Virus record (IMG/VR): IMGVR_UViG_3300029705_000029
Direction: 5' to 3' (one strand)
From: a virus
Lineage: Duplodnaviria; Heunggongvirae; Uroviricota; Caudoviricetes
Length of the DNA: 64,000 nucleotides
Position 1 is the first letter of the stretch. The number at the start of each line of letters is the position of its first letter. The notes under the pieces were generated by a model that had not been told where the DNA came from, ran no database searches, and saw only the letters and a program-made list of their open reading frames with translations. Shown in pieces: positions 59,708 through 64,000 of the stretch. The translations under genes were made by a program, and so were the position numbers.

Positions 59708-60415
59708 GTGAGAAAAGTGTCGCAAAATATATTCAAAATTTATGACGGACGCACAAATTTCTGGCAATGGGATACTAAACAAAAGTTAATTGTTTTAGAT
59801 GAACGTGTTACAGAAGTGCGTTTTTCAAATAGAAACATGGAGCACTCTAAGCGCAGACCTGTTTATACTGACAAAGATGGTGTGCGCATTTGTAATGTAC
59901 CTGATATTCTACTACAGCTTCCCAAGAATTTGATCGCATATGCGATTGTTAAAGGCGAAGATGGATGCTGCAGTACACTCAAGGCGGTCAAGTTTGCCGT
60001 TTATCAGCAGCCAATTCCTACCGATTATATTTGTGAACAAGATGCGGTTGTTGATGATATTCTTATGAGGCTTGAAATTCTTGAAAGTCTGCTTAAGGAT
60101 GTTTCAACTGGCGCACAGCAGCTTACTAAGTTTACTAGCATGGTTGATGCGGCCAAGTGGGCTATTGAAGATGGACAGCCTGGAGATATTGTTGTTATAA
60201 AGCTGGATATCGGCTGGGTGCCACATGTTGTTGAAGAGGACAAGAGTCTCACTCCAATTTGCAATTGTGATGGTGAGATGGTTACTATTAAGCTTGATGG
60301 TGATGATGCCGATGGAATCCCAAGCGGAGAAATTGAAGTATTCTACGATGGAAACTACGTAGAAGACGAAAATTTAATTCAATATTTTGATGGTGGAAGC
60401 GCTGCTGGCATTTAA
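59708..60415 (+). CDS. baseplate/fibre attachment protein
   Basis: FWQWD...EVRF...VPDILLQ...P.PTDY; ends FDGGSA. Confidence 0.5.
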   Translation: MRKVSQNIFKIYDGRTNFWQWDTKQKLIVLDERVTEVRFSNRNMEHSKRRPVYTDKDGVRICNVPDILLQLPKNLIAYAIVKGEDGCCSTLKAVKFAVYQQPIPTDYICEQDAVVDDILMRLEILESLLKDVSTGAQQLTKFTSMVDAAKWAIEDGQPGDIVVIKLDIGWVPHVVEEDKSLTPICNCDGEMVTIKLDGDDADGIPSGEIEVFYDGNYVEDENLIQYFDGGSAAGI

Positions 60416-60465
60416 TATGTCAGTAGCTTTTTCATATATAAAATCTTAAGAAAGGATGATGTTAA

Positions 60466-61866
60466 ATGGCAACGAAAGTTATTAAGACGGTCTTTCAATT
60501 TAGAAGAGCAACGACCGCCGAATGGCTTGCCAACAAGGACGTTATTCCTGCCCCAGGTGAACCTTGTTACGATTTAACTGCGCATACACTAAGAATTGGT
60601 GATGGCGTTCTCACATATGAGAATCTACCAGTTATTGGTGGCGTAGACGTAAAGGTAGAAGCCGACGGCAAATCTATTGTCCTAGAAGACGATGTTTTTA
60701 AACTTGCGGGTTTTGATGCTGCCGCAACTGGCGCTCAGCCCCGCAAAAATGACAAAGGCGAATTAGAATGGGTTGTTCCTTCTACTGAAGCGTTTGACGA
60801 TCTAAAGTCTGAAGTGGAAACTCTACAGGAGACAGTTACCACTATTAAGGAGATTGTCACACCTTCTGCTGATGGTGCTGCTCCACTGCTTTCTAGACTT
60901 GAAACTCTAGAGCACAAAATGGACAAAACTGGCGATGGTACAGTTGACGCCAAGATTGATGCAAAGATTAAGGAATTTGCCTCTGACCTAACTGAGAATG
61001 ATAAGGTTGACACTTTACTTGAGCTTATCAATTATGTTGACACTCACGGCAAAGACGTTGCTGGTATGGTTGCTGACATTGCAGCCCTTCAGGATCTAGT
61101 TGGCGATACATCTGTTGAAGAGCAGATTGAAGCGGCTGGTCATGTATCTAAGGATGAAGCTGCTGTAACTCTACAGCGCATAAAGTACGAGATTTCTCAT
61201 AAACCAGTTGGCACTCTAGTTGATTACAACGACAAGGAAATCAGAGTTATGGTTCCTGCTAATACCCAGTGGGTAAAGCAGTCTGTTGGTAGCACTGGCA
61301 ATGCTAACATGTATTATATGGGCTTTAAAGCCTATGCTCCCGAAGGCGCTGTAAGCTTCAAAGAAGGCGATAAGGGTGTTGTCGAAGACAAGATGTTCAC
61401 ATTTGACGATGACTTTGCTGGCATTGACGAATATGGCAGAAAGTATAGTATTGTTTGGCTTGCGCTTGCGTCCTATGATGAGGCGAAAGATGAGTGGACT
61501 TACTTCGGCAAGAACTCTTCTGCGAAGAAGTATGTTGGTTGGACTTACGTTGTTGAATGGTATGATGCTGATGGTGCGATCATTGAATCTGACTGTATCC
61601 GCATTAACCTGAGCAATGAATCTTGTCATAACATTGTTGAACCCTATTATGCTACAAACCTGATTAAGGGCGTTAGCGTTGGTGGATCCCTACTAGATAT
61701 TGTTGATGGTGTTGTTAGTATTCCCGCTTTTGCTGGTCTCAAGAGCTCTGATGAAATTGTTGTCAATGAAGATGGTACGCTAAGTGTTGGTGTTATCAGC
61801 TTTGACAAGATTGCTCAGGGTGAAGGTGAAGTCATCATTATGGATGGCGGCAATGCAGTGGGTTAA
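60466..61866 (+). CDS. fibre protein with Mtd-type N-terminal domain
   Basis: FQFRRATTAEW...PAPGEPCYD...RIGDGV..YENLP. Confidence 0.7.
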   Translation: MATKVIKTVFQFRRATTAEWLANKDVIPAPGEPCYDLTAHTLRIGDGVLTYENLPVIGGVDVKVEADGKSIVLEDDVFKLAGFDAAATGAQPRKNDKGELEWVVPSTEAFDDLKSEVETLQETVTTIKEIVTPSADGAAPLLSRLETLEHKMDKTGDGTVDAKIDAKIKEFASDLTENDKVDTLLELINYVDTHGKDVAGMVADIAALQDLVGDTSVEEQIEAAGHVSKDEAAVTLQRIKYEISHKPVGTLVDYNDKEIRVMVPANTQWVKQSVGSTGNANMYYMGFKAYAPEGAVSFKEGDKGVVEDKMFTFDDDFAGIDEYGRKYSIVWLALASYDEAKDEWTYFGKNSSAKKYVGWTYVVEWYDADGAIIESDCIRINLSNESCHNIVEPYYATNLIKGVSVGGSLLDIVDGVVSIPAFAGLKSSDEIVVNEDGTLSVGVISFDKIAQGEGEVIIMDGGNAVG

Positions 61867-61903
61867 TATTAAAAAATTATTTATTTAAAGGAGAGAATTG
61901 ATT

Positions 61904-63754
61904 ATGGCTATTGAAAATGCAAAGACTCTAAATGTAAGAATTAAGAATAAGTATGACTCCTATGAAAACTGGGCTGAATCTGGTCTCATTCTAGAAGCTG
62001 GCGAAATTGCTATTGCGTATACTACTGTTAATGTTGAAGTTGGTAACGGTAAGATTGAACAGCATCCCGAACTACTAATGAAGGTCGGTGATGGCTCCAA
62101 AACTTTTGCGAACCTTCCTTGGCTAAGCGCGAAGGCTGCTGACGTAGCTGCTTGGGCCAAGGCCGCAACCAAGCCCACTTATGCTGCCAGCGAAATCACT
62201 GGTATTGATGCCAAGATCGCTGACTATGTTACCAATGAGATGGGCATTCAGGTTGACACTGATACCCAGTACAAGATGGTTAAGGTAAATGATTATCAGT
62301 ACAAGCTAATGGCTAAGTCCAAGGCTGATGCTGACTACACTGTTGAAGTTGGCACCATCGAGATCCCCAATGACACCGCAGCTATTTCTGCTCTTGAAGC
62401 TCTAGTTGGTACCGATTCTGTTGCAACTCAGATTGCAGACGCTCTAAAGGTGTATTCTACCACCGAGCAGATGAACGCTGCAATCGCTACCGCTAAGGGC
62501 GAAGCAGTGTCTCATGCTGATGGTCTAAACACCGCCATGAATACCCGTGTTGCTGCTCTAGAGGCCATTGATCACACTCACACCTTCGTTGAGTCTGAGC
62601 TAAACCTCATCAAGGAAGGCGACGTTGAAAAGTGGAACGCTGCTGAGCAGAATGCCAAGACCTATGCCAAGGACTATGCTGACGGTCTAAATACTGCTAT
62701 GGACGAGCGTGTTGCTGAACTAGAGGGTATGTTCGGTGATGGCGAAGGCACTGTTGAAGCTCAGATCGAAGCTGCTGTTGCTGCCGAGGCTGCACTACGT
62801 GAGGCTGCTGACAATGGTCTTTCCGGCAGAATCAAGGCTATCGAGGATGACCATCTAGTTGGCGCTGACAAGACTGCCCTACAGGAGCAGATCACCGCTA
62901 ACGCTGATGCTATTGAAGATCTAGAAGAGCTAGTTGGCACTACCGCTGTTGCTACCCAGATCGAAGAGGCCGTTGCCGCTGAAGCTGAAATCGCTCGTGC
63001 TGCCGAGAAGGCCAATGCTGATGCTATTGGTGTTCTAAATGGTGATGCCGAAACCGCAGGCTCTGTTGACTACAAGATCGCTCAGAAGTTCGCTACTCTA
63101 ATGGAGAATCCTGACGAAGCAATGAACTCCATTCAGGAGCTAGTTGACTGGACCACTGAGCATGCTGGTTCCGCTCTAGAGATGAGCAATCAGGTTACTG
63201 CCAATAAGAACGCTATTGCTACCCTAAACGGTGGTGCTGATGTTGCTGGCTCTGTGGACAAGAAGATTGCTGATGCCATTGCCGCTGAAAATCTATCTCA
63301 GTATGCTACTGACACTGAGCTTTCTGGTGTCGATTCCAGACTACAGGCCGTTGAGACCGCTATTGGCGAGACTGGCTCTGTTGCTACCGCTATTGAAGGC
63401 GCTGTGACCGAAGCTAAGGGTTACACTGATGCTGAAGTTAAGAAGCTTGCTGAGGGCGCTGTTGCTGACAATGCTGCTGCCATTGGCGAGCTAGAGGAGC
63501 TAGTTGGTACCACTGCAGTTTCCACTCAGATCGAAAATGCTATTGCCGCTCTAAAGATCGGCGATTATGCTAAGGCCGCTGACCTAACTGCTGCTATCGA
63601 ACAGCACGCTAAGGATAAGAAGACTCTTGAGGATGCTATCGCTCTAAAGGCAAATGACGCTGATCTAGCTGCTATCGCTAAGACTGGCTCTACTGACGAT
63701 CTAGTTCAGGGTACTCAAGTCCTCGTGTTCGACTGCGGTACCTCTGCTGTCTAA
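61904..63754 (+). CDS. long coiled-coil fibre with Mtd-type N-terminal domain
   Basis: RIKNKYD...W...LEAGEIAI...KVGDGSKTFANLPW; Ala-rich heptads. Confidence 0.7.
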   Translation: MAIENAKTLNVRIKNKYDSYENWAESGLILEAGEIAIAYTTVNVEVGNGKIEQHPELLMKVGDGSKTFANLPWLSAKAADVAAWAKAATKPTYAASEITGIDAKIADYVTNEMGIQVDTDTQYKMVKVNDYQYKLMAKSKADADYTVEVGTIEIPNDTAAISALEALVGTDSVATQIADALKVYSTTEQMNAAIATAKGEAVSHADGLNTAMNTRVAALEAIDHTHTFVESELNLIKEGDVEKWNAAEQNAKTYAKDYADGLNTAMDERVAELEGMFGDGEGTVEAQIEAAVAAEAALREAADNGLSGRIKAIEDDHLVGADKTALQEQITANADAIEDLEELVGTTAVATQIEEAVAAEAEIARAAEKANADAIGVLNGDAETAGSVDYKIAQKFATLMENPDEAMNSIQELVDWTTEHAGSALEMSNQVTANKNAIATLNGGADVAGSVDKKIADAIAAENLSQYATDTELSGVDSRLQAVETAIGETGSVATAIEGAVTEAKGYTDAEVKKLAEGAVADNAAAIGELEELVGTTAVSTQIENAIAALKIGDYAKAADLTAAIEQHAKDKKTLEDAIALKANDADLAAIAKTGSTDDLVQGTQVLVFDCGTSAV

Positions 63755-63778
63755 TTTAATATAACTTAATTATTTGGG

Positions 63779-63813
63779 GCCGCCCTGTTGATTACAACGG
63801 GGCGGTTCTATTT
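63779..63813 (+). terminator. intrinsic terminator
   Basis: GCCGCCCTGTTG-ATTA-CAACGGGGCGGT TCTATTT. Confidence 0.65.
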
Positions 63814-63832
63814 ATGTATGGGGGTGTTGCCC

Positions 63833-64000
63833 ATGTTTCATAAATTATTTGAAATGAAGCTTAAAAGAATTGAAAAACGCGGAGAGCGTCAAAAGCGTAA
63901 GCATGAGCTTCAAGCTAAGTATGCGGAATATTATCCCAGCAAGCATAGGAAGGTTTCTAATGTAATGCTTGTTGTGATTGTAATTGCAATTGTTGGATTT
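63833..64000 (+). CDS. membrane protein, possibly a holin (truncated by the window end)
   Basis: MFHKLFEMKLKR...VMLVVIVIAIVG; position after fibres. Confidence 0.4.
   Translation, partial: MFHKLFEMKLKRIEKRGERQKRKHELQAKYAEYYPSKHRKVSNVMLVVIVIAIVGF

Noticed and set aside
30129..61890. AT-rich TTATATT(T)AAAA-like stretches before highly expressed genes as late promoters
   Set aside because: Too low in complexity to separate from AT-rich translational enhancers by eye
38909..63754. Diversity-generating retroelement suggested by Mtd-type domains
   Set aside because: No reverse transcriptase in the window and no repeat pair differing only at adenines was seen; only N-terminal Mtd-like domains are present
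1..64000. Stop-codon reassignment
   Set aside because: Genes are full length in code 11, and TAA, TAG and TGA all end genes next to downstream RBSs

Overview
A 64-kb piece of a large tailed dsDNA phage of a Firmicutes (Bacillota) host, with SPbeta-like late-gene order. (1) 1-7852: a minus-strand arm of small early genes (PcfJ, DUF4313, NUMOD1-like). It is driven from an extended -10 promoter near 8460 through a ~600-nt hairpin-rich leader carrying an rRNA-type boxA. (2) 8660-9800: a G-poor tract, a very short HTH initiator-like gene and an iteron/AT-rich origin-like region. (3) 9884-17408: small plus-strand genes (Lar-like, YopX, Zn-finger). (4) 17447-21128: a YonO-like single-subunit RNA polymerase and a Zn-ribbon partner. 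(5) 21276-36705: YonK, HU, phosphoesterase, terminase, portal, scaffold/protease, capsid, head-tail and tail tube genes. The tail gene is split by a 372-nt ORF-less group I intron and followed by a free-standing HNH endonuclease. (6) 38.6-63.8 kb: a ~25-kb fibre/adhesin region with variable domains between conserved anchor peptides, BspA and Cys-rich GSPVCG solenoids, a GT2 glycosyltransferase, a CotH-type kinase and a CBM5/12 protein. A 16-bp oriented motif, ACAAYACAAAATTAAY, marks about ten module boundaries. All calls come from reading motifs by eye; no database searches were run.
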